Source: a virus
Taxonomy: Duplodnaviria > Heunggongvirae > Uroviricota > Caudoviricetes
Direction: 5' to 3' (one strand)
Length of the DNA stretch: 64,000 nt
IMG/VR virus record: IMGVR_UViG_3300031647_000750
Coordinates: 64,025 to 128,024 of that record
Part shown: positions 27,126 through 36,586 of the stretch, piece after piece
Layout of the letters: each line of letters begins with the position of its first letter
Numbering within the stretch: position 1 is the stretch's first letter
The notes under the pieces: generated by a model
What the model was told of the DNA's origin: nothing
Seen by the model: the letters and a program-made list of their open reading frames with translations, nothing else
Database searches by the model: none
Made by a program: the position numbers and the translations under genes

Positions 27126-27437
27126 ATGAGAACTAAAGAAGAGATTTTAACAAATATTGAAGAAGTAATGACAAAGTATGTGACACCTAATGTTGCCGCA
27201 CATGGTGGTAAGGTGAATGTACTAGGATTTGATATGAACACTGGTATATTGAGTACCCAACTAAGTGGTAGTTGTAGTGGATGTGCGAGTAGTGCAGCAA
27301 CGTTGAAGATGGGTATTGAGAATACATTAATGCATTTTATCCCAGAGATTACAGAAGTTACGGGCGAAGATGATCCTAATTTCAACCAACCATATTATTC
27401 GGATGATGGTGGTTATCCCGACTTTAATGATTATTAA
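27126..27437 (+). CDS. NifU/NfuA C-terminal Fe-S carrier domain protein
   Basis: VTPNVAAHGGKV, LSGSCSGC.SSAATLKMGIE. Confidence 0.9.
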   Translation: MRTKEEILTNIEEVMTKYVTPNVAAHGGKVNVLGFDMNTGILSTQLSGSCSGCASSAATLKMGIENTLMHFIPEITEVTGEDDPNFNQPYYSDDGGYPDFNDY

Positions 27438-28543
27438 TGGGAGTTAGTTTGATGGAAACATTATACAAGCGTGATACAAAAGGCAACGTAAGAAGTTGGG
27501 TTACAGAAGTTGAAGATGACCAATGGCGAACGGTTGCTGGTATCCACAATGGTACCTTGGTTACATCAGGCTGGCGCAAGAGTGATGCAAAGAATGTAGG
27601 TAAGGCAAATGCAACTACAGGACATGAACAAGCACTTGCAGAAGCACTTGCAAAACATAATAAACAATTAGAGAAAGAGTATTTCACTAACATAGAAGAT
27701 ATTGATAATTTTCATTTGTTTAAACCTATGCTTGCTGCTGATTATGCTAAGTTAAAGAAGCCCGTACAGTTCCCAGTATACTCGCAACCTAAGTTAGATG
27801 GTATTCGTTGTATCGCACGCAGAGATGGTTTGTGGTCACGATCAGGTAAACAGCATATTTCCATACCTCATATCTGGGAAGCATTAGCGCCATTATTTGA
27901 AGAGACGCCTGATCTAGTATTAGATGGTGAGTTATACAACCATGAACTCAAAGATGATTTCAATAAGATTGTTTCATTGGTACGCAAAGCAAAGCCGAGT
28001 GCAGATGATTTAGTAGAATCAAAGAAGTTAGTTCAGTATCATGTATATGATATATATGAAGAAGATACATTTGAATCTAGGACGAGGTCATATCATGATG
28101 TTGTTAACATCTTGATTAACGATCAGTGCATTCAAGCAGTGCCTACTACTATTATTGATACACAAGATCAATTGAATGATACCTATGGTGACTACCTAGA
28201 GAATGGGTATGAAGGTCAGATGGTTCGTCTTGATGGTCAATATGAGAACAAGCGGTCAAAGAATTTATTGAAGCGTAAAGAGTTTGTTACAGATGAATTT
28301 GATGTAGTAGAAGTACTTGAAGGAAAAGGTAATTGGTCTGGTTGTGCAAAGAAGATTGTAATTGCATTGTCAGATGGTACTACATCCGAAGCGGGTTGTC
28401 GTGGGACCCAAGCACAGATGGCAACGTTATTGAATGGTGATAAGCCTGATTGGGCAACGATTAGATACTTTGGGTTCACACCAGATGGTAAGTTGCGTTT
28501 TGGTGTAATGATTGATCATGGCTTTGGCGAAAGAAAAGATTGA
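27437..28543 (+). CDS. ATP-dependent DNA ligase
   Basis: PML, QPKLDGIRC motif I, LDGELY, YHVYDI, EGQMVR, LLKRK. Confidence 0.95.
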   Translation: MGVSLMETLYKRDTKGNVRSWVTEVEDDQWRTVAGIHNGTLVTSGWRKSDAKNVGKANATTGHEQALAEALAKHNKQLEKEYFTNIEDIDNFHLFKPMLAADYAKLKKPVQFPVYSQPKLDGIRCIARRDGLWSRSGKQHISIPHIWEALAPLFEETPDLVLDGELYNHELKDDFNKIVSLVRKAKPSADDLVESKKLVQYHVYDIYEEDTFESRTRSYHDVVNILINDQCIQAVPTTIIDTQDQLNDTYGDYLENGYEGQMVRLDGQYENKRSKNLLKRKEFVTDEFDVVEVLEGKGNWSGCAKKIVIALSDGTTSEAGCRGTQAQMATLLNGDKPDWATIRYFGFTPDGKLRFGVMIDHGFGERKD

Positions 28544-28549
28544 GGTAAT

Positions 28550-28732
28550 ATGAGATATAGTAATCCGTGGAATGGTGGTAGTCAATTCTATAAAGGTAAA
28601 CATAAAAGTCTTCCTATTGCTGAAAATGATAAAGAATATCAAGAGTATTGTAAAAGGAAAAAGAACAAAGACAAGTTATTGGATTATAAAGAGTGGTGTT
28701 TAAATCAACGCCGTGATCATGGAATGTTTTAG
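28550..28732 (+). CDS. hypothetical protein
   Basis: 60 aa with GAGG RBS. Confidence 0.55.
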   Translation: MRYSNPWNGGSQFYKGKHKSLPIAENDKEYQEYCKRKKNKDKLLDYKEWCLNQRRDHGMF

Positions 28733-28749
28733 TGATCTTAAATTAACTA

Positions 28750-28779
28750 TTGACAAGTAAGGTATATTGGTGGTATAAT
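28750..28779 (+). promoter_or_regulatory. early promoter module (18-nt spacer)
   Basis: TTGACAAGTAAGG...TATAATAGTT. Confidence 0.7.
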
Positions 28780-28802
28780 AGTTTTATAAATTAATTATTG
28801 GA

Positions 28803-29219
28803 ATGATAATGACGCGTATTAATCTTGTACCACCTAGTGAGTTAGCCGATCAGCATTTAGTTGCAGAGTATAGAGAAATCTTTATGGTCGGTTCATCGTT
28901 ACAGCGTTCAATCGTTAGTAAGAATTGGACAACAACTAAAGTAACACTGCCTAAGATATTCACTTTGAATACAGGTCATGTCAAGTTCTTTTATGATAAG
29001 GGTAAGTATCTATCAGATAGGTACGATGATATTCGTGTAGAAATGATTTTGCGTGGAATGAATCCTGATCCTGCTAGAGTATTTAAATCATGGCAGTTCC
29101 CAACCGAACTATACAAGTCTTACACACCTACACCAGATGCGCTAGACATTATACGTGAGCGCATTGCATATCGTATTAGCGAGAAGCCAACTTGGTATCG
29201 TTGGAGTCCTCATATTTAA
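28803..29219 (+). CDS. denV: pyrimidine-dimer DNA glycosylase / endonuclease V
   Basis: MTRINLVPPSELADQHLVAEYREI, LNTGHVKFFYDKG.YL..RY, KP.WYR. Confidence 0.95.
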   Translation: MIMTRINLVPPSELADQHLVAEYREIFMVGSSLQRSIVSKNWTTTKVTLPKIFTLNTGHVKFFYDKGKYLSDRYDDIRVEMILRGMNPDPARVFKSWQFPTELYKSYTPTPDALDIIRERIAYRISEKPTWYRWSPHI

Positions 29220-29224
29220 GAGAG

Positions 29225-29232
29225 TATAAATA
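29225..29232 (+). promoter_or_regulatory. T4-type late promoter
   Basis: TATAAATA(GTCG). Confidence 0.7.
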
Positions 29233-29257
29233 GTCGTATACAAGGAAGAGCTTAATA

Positions 29258-29779
29258 ATGATTACAAAAGAAATATCAACATGTTCACCTGAATTAATTA
29301 ATTTCATAAAACAATGCGTCGACAGAGACTATAAAAACAATATATCTTTAAAGCATATGAAATTTGAATGGTGCATAGATCAAGGTGGTCAGTGGTATGC
29401 TACACACGATACCAATGGTGAAATTATAAGTGTTAGTGGCATTCATCCATTCAAAGATGGATATCGTGCGTTGTTTAGAGGTGCACAACTACAGTCTCGT
29501 CCAATCAAGGGACTTAGCAGATACCAAATGCAAAGTTGGGGAATATATGATCATTTACCATTGCAGATACAATTTGCAAACGGTAAACCTATATATATCA
29601 CTACCAATGTAAGCAACGATGAAAGTGGAAGAATGAATAGAATACATAAGAGTTTTGCAGTGATGGCTAAAGGCGACATGGTTGAATACGTGGGTGATGA
29701 AGAACTATTTTATGTGAAACAAAGTGTTTGGAAACTAAACAACGATAAATATTTTGAAATAAGGAGTAGATATGCATAA
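29258..29779 (+). CDS. hypothetical protein, possibly GNAT-like
   Basis: IISVSGIHPF..GYRALFRG beta-strand pattern. Confidence 0.45.
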   Translation: MITKEISTCSPELINFIKQCVDRDYKNNISLKHMKFEWCIDQGGQWYATHDTNGEIISVSGIHPFKDGYRALFRGAQLQSRPIKGLSRYQMQSWGIYDHLPLQIQFANGKPIYITTNVSNDESGRMNRIHKSFAVMAKGDMVEYVGDEELFYVKQSVWKLNNDKYFEIRSRYA

Positions 29780-30854
29780 CATGTATAACGTAATAGGCGC
29801 AGGAACAACAGGATGGATTGCATGTTTATACTTGTTAAAAGCAGATAAACCAGTTACTCTCTATAAAGATCCTAGCGTAGATATTCGCAAGGTTGGTGAA
29901 AGCACAGTACCTACAATAAATGAAATACCTCGTCTTATGGGCATGAGTGATCAGGAATTCTTAAATAGAGTAAATGGTTATTTCAAATACGGAACAATGT
30001 TTAGTGGATGGAAAGATGCGAACAGTTGGATGTATTTTTTTGCCAATGAGCCAGACAGTACAACAACTGATAGACATCAAACATATGCATATCACATAGA
30101 CGCACCTGGATTCTGCGAAGTGCTACAAGAATGGTGTGAGCAACAAGATAATTTTAGAATTATAAATTCTAAGTTTACAAAAGATCAGTATACTAAAGAA
30201 GAATTTTATATTGATGCAACTGGACAAAATGGAGTGCTATCAGAACAAGTTGGGATTGTGCATAATACAAGTGATTTCCTAATAAATGATTATGCTGTAA
30301 TAGGAAACGACAAAACAAGTTACGTGCCTTATACACATTCACAGACAATGAGCAACGGGTGGTTATGGAGTATTAGTTTACAGTCGCGAATGAGTCATGG
30401 GTATGTATTTAGTTCACAATATCAAACGGTTGAAGATGCTATTGCAGAGTTCGAAAAGTACACAGGTATAAAGCATGAAACTGTAATAAATTTTGAGACC
30501 CGCATTCCAGAACAAGCATGGAAAGATAATGTATTGTTCTTAGGACTCAGTGCAGGATTTATTGAACCATTGAATGCTACAGCAAACTTTGCAGCACAAA
30601 GTGGAATAAAAAACTTTTTACTACTAGAAGATAACCCAGCAATTTATAATAGATTGATTAACAAAACATATAATGGTATACACAAATGGATTAAAGCATT
30701 ATATAGTTGTAATACATGCACTGGAGAATATTGGGATTATTATAAAACTAATCGCGAACAAGCAATAAAGGATATAGATTTTTACAGCGAGGAAGGACAT
30801 CAAGGTTTGATGGGCAAGCACAGTTGGAATTTACTGAAAGAGAACATGCTATGA
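29772..30854 (+). CDS. flavin-dependent tryptophan halogenase-like oxidoreductase
   Basis: GAGTTGW, VGESTVP, AYHID, IDATG, GWLWSISL (WxWxI), GLSAGFIEPL. Confidence 0.85.
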   Translation: MHNMYNVIGAGTTGWIACLYLLKADKPVTLYKDPSVDIRKVGESTVPTINEIPRLMGMSDQEFLNRVNGYFKYGTMFSGWKDANSWMYFFANEPDSTTTDRHQTYAYHIDAPGFCEVLQEWCEQQDNFRIINSKFTKDQYTKEEFYIDATGQNGVLSEQVGIVHNTSDFLINDYAVIGNDKTSYVPYTHSQTMSNGWLWSISLQSRMSHGYVFSSQYQTVEDAIAEFEKYTGIKHETVINFETRIPEQAWKDNVLFLGLSAGFIEPLNATANFAAQSGIKNFLLLEDNPAIYNRLINKTYNGIHKWIKALYSCNTCTGEYWDYYKTNREQAIKDIDFYSEEGHQGLMGKHSWNLLKENML

Positions 30855-31141
30855 AAGGTTGGTTTAGTTGGAATCATTTAAGAATGGCAGAATATTATAA
30901 TGGAGGATTGCGTAAAAATGGCGTAGTACTTTATTTTAAACATATGTATACTGGATTTAGAGAGGCGGGTAAGCAGTTGCTTATGGCATGTGCTAGTATC
31001 ATACATGCAATATTCCCTCCATTATTTGATTTTAAACTACTTGAAGTAGTTATCGATCAAACAATTGGACTACATAGATTCCTACCGAACCACCCACTTT
31101 GGAAAAAACTAAAAGATGAACTTGATTCAGATACTAAATGA
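30851..31141 (+). CDS. DUF6356-like small protein
   Basis: HL...YFKHM..GF......ASIIHAIFP.LF pattern. Confidence 0.5.
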   Translation: MKGWFSWNHLRMAEYYNGGLRKNGVVLYFKHMYTGFREAGKQLLMACASIIHAIFPPLFDFKLLEVVIDQTIGLHRFLPNHPLWKKLKDELDSDTK

Positions 31142-31165
31142 AGGTTGTACGAGACGAATTAAAAG

Positions 31166-31852
31166 ATGATTGACTTTGACAGATGCTTACACGAAGGATA
31201 TATGATGTTTAGCAGTGGATCAACTGGTCCACCAAAGAAGTTGTGGCAAAGTCCGCGAAAGATTAGCATATCTAATGTACTAGCCAGAAATACACAAAGT
31301 ATTGACTATAAAAGTAGAATATATACTGTATGCAAGTTAGAACATGCGGGTGGGTTACTAGCGCAAACACTTCCAGCACACGAAATAGGTGCGTACGTAG
31401 AGTTTGAAACGTTTAACGCACGAACATGGTGTGACAAAATGGAAACATTTACACACAGTCATTTGACCCCTAAAATGGCAAGAGTGCTGACAAAGACAAA
31501 GCAGTGGAAAGCAGTAGATTTGTATGGAAAGATTATTGTATGCGGAAGCGACAGAGTGCCTGCTAGTACTGTAAATGCGTTTACTGAAAAAGGTGCAACA
31601 TTTATTGTTAATTGGGGAATGACGGAAATTGGTCCAGTGGTCATTAACAAGACATATCGCCCAGGCGACATTGCAGAAGATTACAATGGACTAACTGTAT
31701 TAGGTGATACGTTTAATTGCGAATACTTTGTAAGCGACGATGAATTAGTAGTAAAAAGCAATGCGTGCATTCATGACGGATGGTTTCACACTGGAGACCT
31801 GGTCAAAGTAGTAGATGGAATAATGTATTATATTGGACGAAAAGATGCGTAA
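31166..31852 (+). CDS. AMP-binding (ANL) adenylation enzyme, truncated
   Basis: FSSGSTGPPK (A3), WGMTE (A5), WFHTGDL (A7), IGRKD (A8); no C-terminal subdomain. Confidence 0.8.
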   Translation: MIDFDRCLHEGYMMFSSGSTGPPKKLWQSPRKISISNVLARNTQSIDYKSRIYTVCKLEHAGGLLAQTLPAHEIGAYVEFETFNARTWCDKMETFTHSHLTPKMARVLTKTKQWKAVDLYGKIIVCGSDRVPASTVNAFTEKGATFIVNWGMTEIGPVVINKTYRPGDIAEDYNGLTVLGDTFNCEYFVSDDELVVKSNACIHDGWFHTGDLVKVVDGIMYYIGRKDA

Positions 31853-31860
31853 TATAAATA
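31853..31860 (+). promoter_or_regulatory. T4-type late promoter
   Basis: TATAAATA(GTCG). Confidence 0.7.
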
Positions 31861-31881
31861 GTCGCATACGAGGAATTAATA

Positions 31882-33408
31882 ATGATTAGATGGGGGATTT
31901 GTGCAGGGAGTCATGATGCTGCTTTGGCTGTATTTGACGGAACAAAATTACTATTCGCAGCACACAGTGAGCGATCAAGTGGTATCAAGAACGACAAACT
32001 ATTGAATGATGAAATAATCAGTCAAGCATTATTGTTAGGTGATCCGAAAGAAGTTCATTGGTATGAGAACGATTTTACCAAGCGATTACGTCAGATCAAA
32101 GCGGGTCAGTACAAGACTGCATTCACTAAAGAAACCCCGATAACAACTCTGCGCGATTTAGGTATCGATACTACATTATTCCCCAACGTAGATCCGTTCA
32201 CTACTCGCACAATGACCTATCATCCACATCACAGAAGTCACGCAGCCGCAGGCTATTACACCTCTCCTTATGATGATGCTGCTGTATTAGTAATTGATTC
32301 TATTGGTGAATTTGAGACACTAACAGTTTGGCATGGCGAAGGTGATAAATTAACAAAGAAATTTAGTCAATCATATCCAAATAGTATTGGATTATGGTAT
32401 AGCGCAATGACTCAGAGAATTGGTTTAAAGCCAAACGAAGATGAGTATATCTTAATGGGATGGGCAGCAATTGGTGACTCAGCCAAATACTTTTATGATA
32501 TATTGAATGACTTCTTTGAGCCGTTAGAGTATGGTTCGTTGAATATAAAATTCAAACAGAACTTACATAGAGGTTGTCGACAGTGGCGTCCTGACTTAAA
32601 TACAGTACAAGATTACGCAGACATAGCCGCATCAACGCAGGCAGTGTATGAGCATGTATTCAAACATTTATTGGTTGAGACATCGCTGTTGATTAAATCA
32701 GATAACATTGTGCTTATGGGTGGCTGTGCATTAAATTGCGTTGCTAATAGTATTGCACATAAGTTTTATGATGGTGTATGGATAATGCCTAATCCGGGTG
32801 ATGCAGGTAGTGCTATTGGTTGTGTATTAGATCATTTGCGTACACATGTTGAATGGAATAGTCCTTACTTGGGATATAATATTGCTGGTGATTACCCAGT
32901 GAAAGCAGCGATGAAAGAATTGACAACGATTGGTATGGTTGGCGTAGCGAGTGGTAGAGCAGAGTTCGGTCCTAGAGCATTGGGTAATAGAAGTTTGTTA
33001 GCAGATCCTCGTGGAAGTGAAATGCAAGATTTGGTTAACACAGTGAAGCAGCGACAGGCATTCAGACCATTTGCACCTGTGATTATGGAAGAGCATTTGC
33101 ATGATTACTTTGAAATGCCACAAGGCTGTAACACGAGTCCGTATATGCAATTCGTTGGTGTGTGTAAGCGCCCAGATTTGTTTCCTGCTATATCACATTA
33201 TGATAATACTAGTAGAGTACAGACAGTGACACGAGAGCAGCATCCGGGATTGTATTCATTGTTAGAAAAATGGTATGAAGAGACAGGATGCCCGATGTTG
33301 TTGAATACAAGTTTGAATATTAAAGGTGAACCAATGGTTGACACCGAAACTGACGCATTGCGTTGGACTGAAAAGTATAATGTAAAGGTGGTAACGAAAG
33401 ATGTTTAA
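31882..33408 (+). CDS. carbamoyltransferase (NodU/CmcH/TobZ family)
   Basis: HDAA, HHRSHAAAGYYTS, IDSIGE, GGCALNC, GDAGSA, EFGPRALGNRS, RPFAP, LNTSLN. Confidence 0.95.
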   Translation: MIRWGICAGSHDAALAVFDGTKLLFAAHSERSSGIKNDKLLNDEIISQALLLGDPKEVHWYENDFTKRLRQIKAGQYKTAFTKETPITTLRDLGIDTTLFPNVDPFTTRTMTYHPHHRSHAAAGYYTSPYDDAAVLVIDSIGEFETLTVWHGEGDKLTKKFSQSYPNSIGLWYSAMTQRIGLKPNEDEYILMGWAAIGDSAKYFYDILNDFFEPLEYGSLNIKFKQNLHRGCRQWRPDLNTVQDYADIAASTQAVYEHVFKHLLVETSLLIKSDNIVLMGGCALNCVANSIAHKFYDGVWIMPNPGDAGSAIGCVLDHLRTHVEWNSPYLGYNIAGDYPVKAAMKELTTIGMVGVASGRAEFGPRALGNRSLLADPRGSEMQDLVNTVKQRQAFRPFAPVIMEEHLHDYFEMPQGCNTSPYMQFVGVCKRPDLFPAISHYDNTSRVQTVTREQHPGLYSLLEKWYEETGCPMLLNTSLNIKGEPMVDTETDALRWTEKYNVKVVTKDV

Positions 33409-33514
33409 TCCAGTTAAGTGGGTAAAAAGAAAACTAGCAGAGCGTAAGTATAAGAAGCGTATGGAAGCGAAGTTAAAGAAATTGCAAGAGCAAGATCCGT
33501 ATATATACGACTAA
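33401..33514 (+). CDS. 37-aa basic peptide
   Basis: Hand translation MFNPVKWVKRKLAERKYKKRMEAKLKKLQEQDPYIYD. Confidence 0.55.
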   Translation: MFNPVKWVKRKLAERKYKKRMEAKLKKLQEQDPYIYD

Positions 33515-33525
33515 TAGGTAAGACA

Positions 33526-33777
33526 ATCAAAATATTAATATGTGGCTTGCCCGGAAGTGGCAAGTCAACAGTCAACAAGAATATCATTGAAGCATTGTCT
33601 GTTGCAGGTTATACAATTGATGAAGAATATATGATACAATGGATGCCAAACATCGTAGACATTAGTTACGGACGAGGTGTTGGTTATACATTCACACAGC
33701 ATGACTTGGGTGCAGAGATGCATGACATTAGTGCTACGAAGATCCGTGCTAAGATGCGCGAAGAAGGAAGTCTTTGA
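33526..33777 (+). pseudogene. fused remnant: P-loop kinase N-terminus joined to cytidyltransferase-like C-terminus
   Basis: IKILICGLPGSGKST joined to ...SYGRGVGY...ISATKIR; ATC at the expected start; GTCAACA tandem at the junction. Confidence 0.6.
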
Positions 33778-34166
33778 AGTATAGAATCAAGCGTTGGAAT
33801 TCGTTGATAGACTTCCGTGATTATCTAGTAAAATCAAAGTCAGAGATAGTTGTTGATTTTAATGGACATACGTTGGTAACTGATCAAGGTCGTTATGGTC
33901 TTGCATTTGGTATTTTAACATTCCAAGAAGAACTAATCGTTATTAAGAAACCACCAGTTAAGAAAGCAACAGTTAAGAAAGCGGTAGTTAAAAAAGCGGT
34001 AGTTAAAAAAGCGACAGTTAAGAAAGCAACAGTTAAGAAAGCGGTAGTTAAAAAAGCGGTAGTTAAAAAAGCACCAGTAAAGAAAGCAGTTGCAAAGAAA
34101 GCAGTTGTTAAGAAAGCACCAGTAAAGAAAGCAGTTGTTAAGAAAGTGGTAATTAAAACCAAATAA
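33774..34166 (+). CDS. histone H1/Hc2-like protein with 13 (V/A)KK(A/V)x pentapeptide repeats
   Basis: TTG start with AAGGAAG RBS; ~60-aa N-terminal domain then a Lys/Ala/Val tail. Confidence 0.8.
   Translation: MKYRIKRWNSLIDFRDYLVKSKSEIVVDFNGHTLVTDQGRYGLAFGILTFQEELIVIKKPPVKKATVKKAVVKKAVVKKATVKKATVKKAVVKKAVVKKAPVKKAVAKKAVVKKAPVKKAVVKKVVIKTK
33957..34151 (+). repeat. 15-bp coding tandem repeat x13
   Basis: GT(T/A)AA(G/A)AAAGC(A/G)nnn units. Confidence 0.9.
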
Positions 34167-34226
34167 AACATCTTGCATAAATCATAAAATAATGATATAA
34201 TAATTGAGAGATGACAGAGATTATAC

Positions 34227-35210
34227 ATGAGAAAAATACCGAAACAAGATGACATTAAGTACTTCTACAAGCGACTCGATCAGCAAGACATAATTAATAA
34301 AGTACCTAAAGGTGATTACATTGCTGTATTTGGCACAAGTCATACATATGGATTATGTGACCGTGGCGAAGATGGCAGAGATGGAGATTTATTAGATGAA
34401 GACGGTATGTGGGTGTTTTCATTAGGTAAGAAGTTGGGAATAGAAGTATTTAACGTATCTATGCCTGGCAATTACAATATTAATATGGTACGTCAGATGA
34501 CAGACTTTTTTGAATTACCAAAAGAAGTAATTTCACGTTGTAAATTAATAATCGCAGAACCACGAGTGGGTGATACCGCTGGTATTATGTGTACCGATGT
34601 GATTGAAGAACTTGATGTATCTGTAAAAGAGTTAAATCAAGTACTCACAAATAGTTATGCATTTAATGTGTTGAACAAAAAGCAATACATATGGGAAACT
34701 AATGTGTACGCGCAGTTTACTAACCCAGCCAGTCAGAATATGACGACAGAAGATTATGCACGACGATTAATAGGAAATGTGGGACACTATGAAGATGATA
34801 TACCGCCGCCATCTGTACTAAAGAATGTGACAAACTATATAGATCATCATACGCGTACTTCTGCTATTTCAATTTCTTCCCTACTGAGGGACTATGAGAA
34901 TATCCGAACAATGAAGCAATTTGCAAGTATGGCAAATATACCGTTTATGTGGTTTTGTTTTGATAGTCAAAACATACTAGACGATGAAGAAGTTGCTTTA
35001 TGTGAAAAAATATATACAGAGACTTCGACTATATTTGATGCTCGCATATCAAAATTGGAACTTGGCGTAGTAGATGAATATGAACTAAGATTTGGCGAAG
35101 ATGCATTATATGGAGAGCAATGTAATTGTGGTCATTTTAGCGAAGTAGTAAATAATTGGGTGAGTAACATGGTACATAAACAGATAATTGAACTAGGATA
35201 TGAACTATGA
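34227..35210 (+). CDS. SGNH/GDSL-like hypothetical protein
   Basis: AVFGTSHTYG, FNVSMPG, CNCGHF. Confidence 0.5.
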   Translation: MRKIPKQDDIKYFYKRLDQQDIINKVPKGDYIAVFGTSHTYGLCDRGEDGRDGDLLDEDGMWVFSLGKKLGIEVFNVSMPGNYNINMVRQMTDFFELPKEVISRCKLIIAEPRVGDTAGIMCTDVIEELDVSVKELNQVLTNSYAFNVLNKKQYIWETNVYAQFTNPASQNMTTEDYARRLIGNVGHYEDDIPPPSVLKNVTNYIDHHTRTSAISISSLLRDYENIRTMKQFASMANIPFMWFCFDSQNILDDEEVALCEKIYTETSTIFDARISKLELGVVDEYELRFGEDALYGEQCNCGHFSEVVNNWVSNMVHKQIIELGYEL

Positions 35211-35881
35211 ATTTGAAAATACTAAACGAGTTAGATAGAATACTAAAAAACAATCCAACATTGGTTTCAAACGATCAGAGTTTGTGTCAAGTTATTAATG
35301 GGGTATTTAATATCTCATTAGCATCAGTCGATGGGAGCAATGTCTATAAGTTGGCAGATACGATTGATGATGCTGTGCTACACAATTACTTTTCCAATGT
35401 TTGGCAAGCAGAAACAAAGAAATACAAGTACAGTGGATTAAGTATCATTGATGAAGTTAATGCATTGAAGCCTCGTAAGGTGATTGACTTGGGGTGTGGA
35501 TATAATGAATTCAAAGGTAAGATTGACAACTTGATTGGAGTTGATCCGTATAATAAAAAAGCAGATATTACTTCATCTATTTTAGGTTATAAGACTAGTG
35601 AAAAGTTTGATGTTGCTATCTGTTTAGGTAGTATTAATTTTGGTAGTTCAGATAAAATAATTGCTGAATTGGCATCGGCGGTCAATCTAGTTACCGATGG
35701 TGGGTTGTTATATTTCAGAGTGAATCCGGGAACACAGCACGAAGCACCAGAAAGCAAGTGGATTAATTTCTACGATTGGGACCCAGTATTCGTATCGAAT
35801 ATAGCACAACATTTAGACTGTGAGTTGTTAACATTGCGTCAAGACTTGAATCGATTGTACTTTGTAATGAAGAAGCGATAA
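35207..35881 (+). CDS. class I SAM-dependent methyltransferase
   Basis: VIDLGCGYN, GVDPY, FDVAICLGSINFG. Confidence 0.8.
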   Translation: MNLKILNELDRILKNNPTLVSNDQSLCQVINGVFNISLASVDGSNVYKLADTIDDAVLHNYFSNVWQAETKKYKYSGLSIIDEVNALKPRKVIDLGCGYNEFKGKIDNLIGVDPYNKKADITSSILGYKTSEKFDVAICLGSINFGSSDKIIAELASAVNLVTDGGLLYFRVNPGTQHEAPESKWINFYDWDPVFVSNIAQHLDCELLTLRQDLNRLYFVMKKR

Positions 35882-36575
35882 TGATTTTACATATACCACA
35901 TTCATCTACCTATATTCCATTGGATATAGAATTTGATAAAAAAGATGTAAGTGATGATATTCAGCGAATGACTGATTGGCACACTGATGATTTATTTGAT
36001 TGTGAGCATACTATTGTTAAATTAGAAGTTAGTCGATTGATATGCGATGTTGAACGCTTCATTGAGAATGAAGAAATGGATGCAGTGGGTATGGGAATAT
36101 GTTATACGACTGATTCGTTTGGTGCACCGTTAAGGGCAGTGTCAGATGAAGAGAAAGATCGTATTGTAAATCAATATTACATTCCGCATCATGCGAAATT
36201 GTACGAGTCTGTAAGAGATGAATTAGAAGAAAATGGACAAGTCATGATTGTAGACTGTCATAGTTTTTCTAATGAGCAATTACCTCATGAACCATCTGGT
36301 GAACGACCTGATTTTTGTATAGGTACTGATTCGTATCATACACCAGTGTCATTGATTGTAAGATTGCAGGAAGAATTGAAGATACTTGGTTACACTAGCG
36401 TAGTAACGAACCATTTGCTGGTACAATTGTACCGATGGAGTATTATCATACAAATGATAATGTGAAATCAATAATGATTGAAGTTAATAGATCATTGTAT
36501 ATGAAGAACAGTTCTGAATATGCAAAGATGAAAGGAATAATCACCAATTTGATAAATATTATCAATAAGTATTAA
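35881..36575 (+). pseudogene. N-formylglutamate amidohydrolase family, frameshifted at ~36405
   Basis: LHIPHSS, TDWHTD, SRLICDVERF, YY.PHH, DCHSF, RPDFCIG; NEPFAGT...IMIEVNR continues in the -1 frame to TAA 36575. Confidence 0.8.
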
Positions 36576-36586
36576 AAGGGATTATT

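Noticed and set aside
26972-27385. 137-aa minus-strand ORF and similar antisense ORFs elsewhere (e.g. 45196, 57918, 63123)
   Set aside because: Lie opposite well-supported genes with recognisable motifs
33893-34255. Minus-strand FLTTA-repeat ORF (and 33933-34178)
   Set aside because: Antisense shadow of the VKKAx repeat gene
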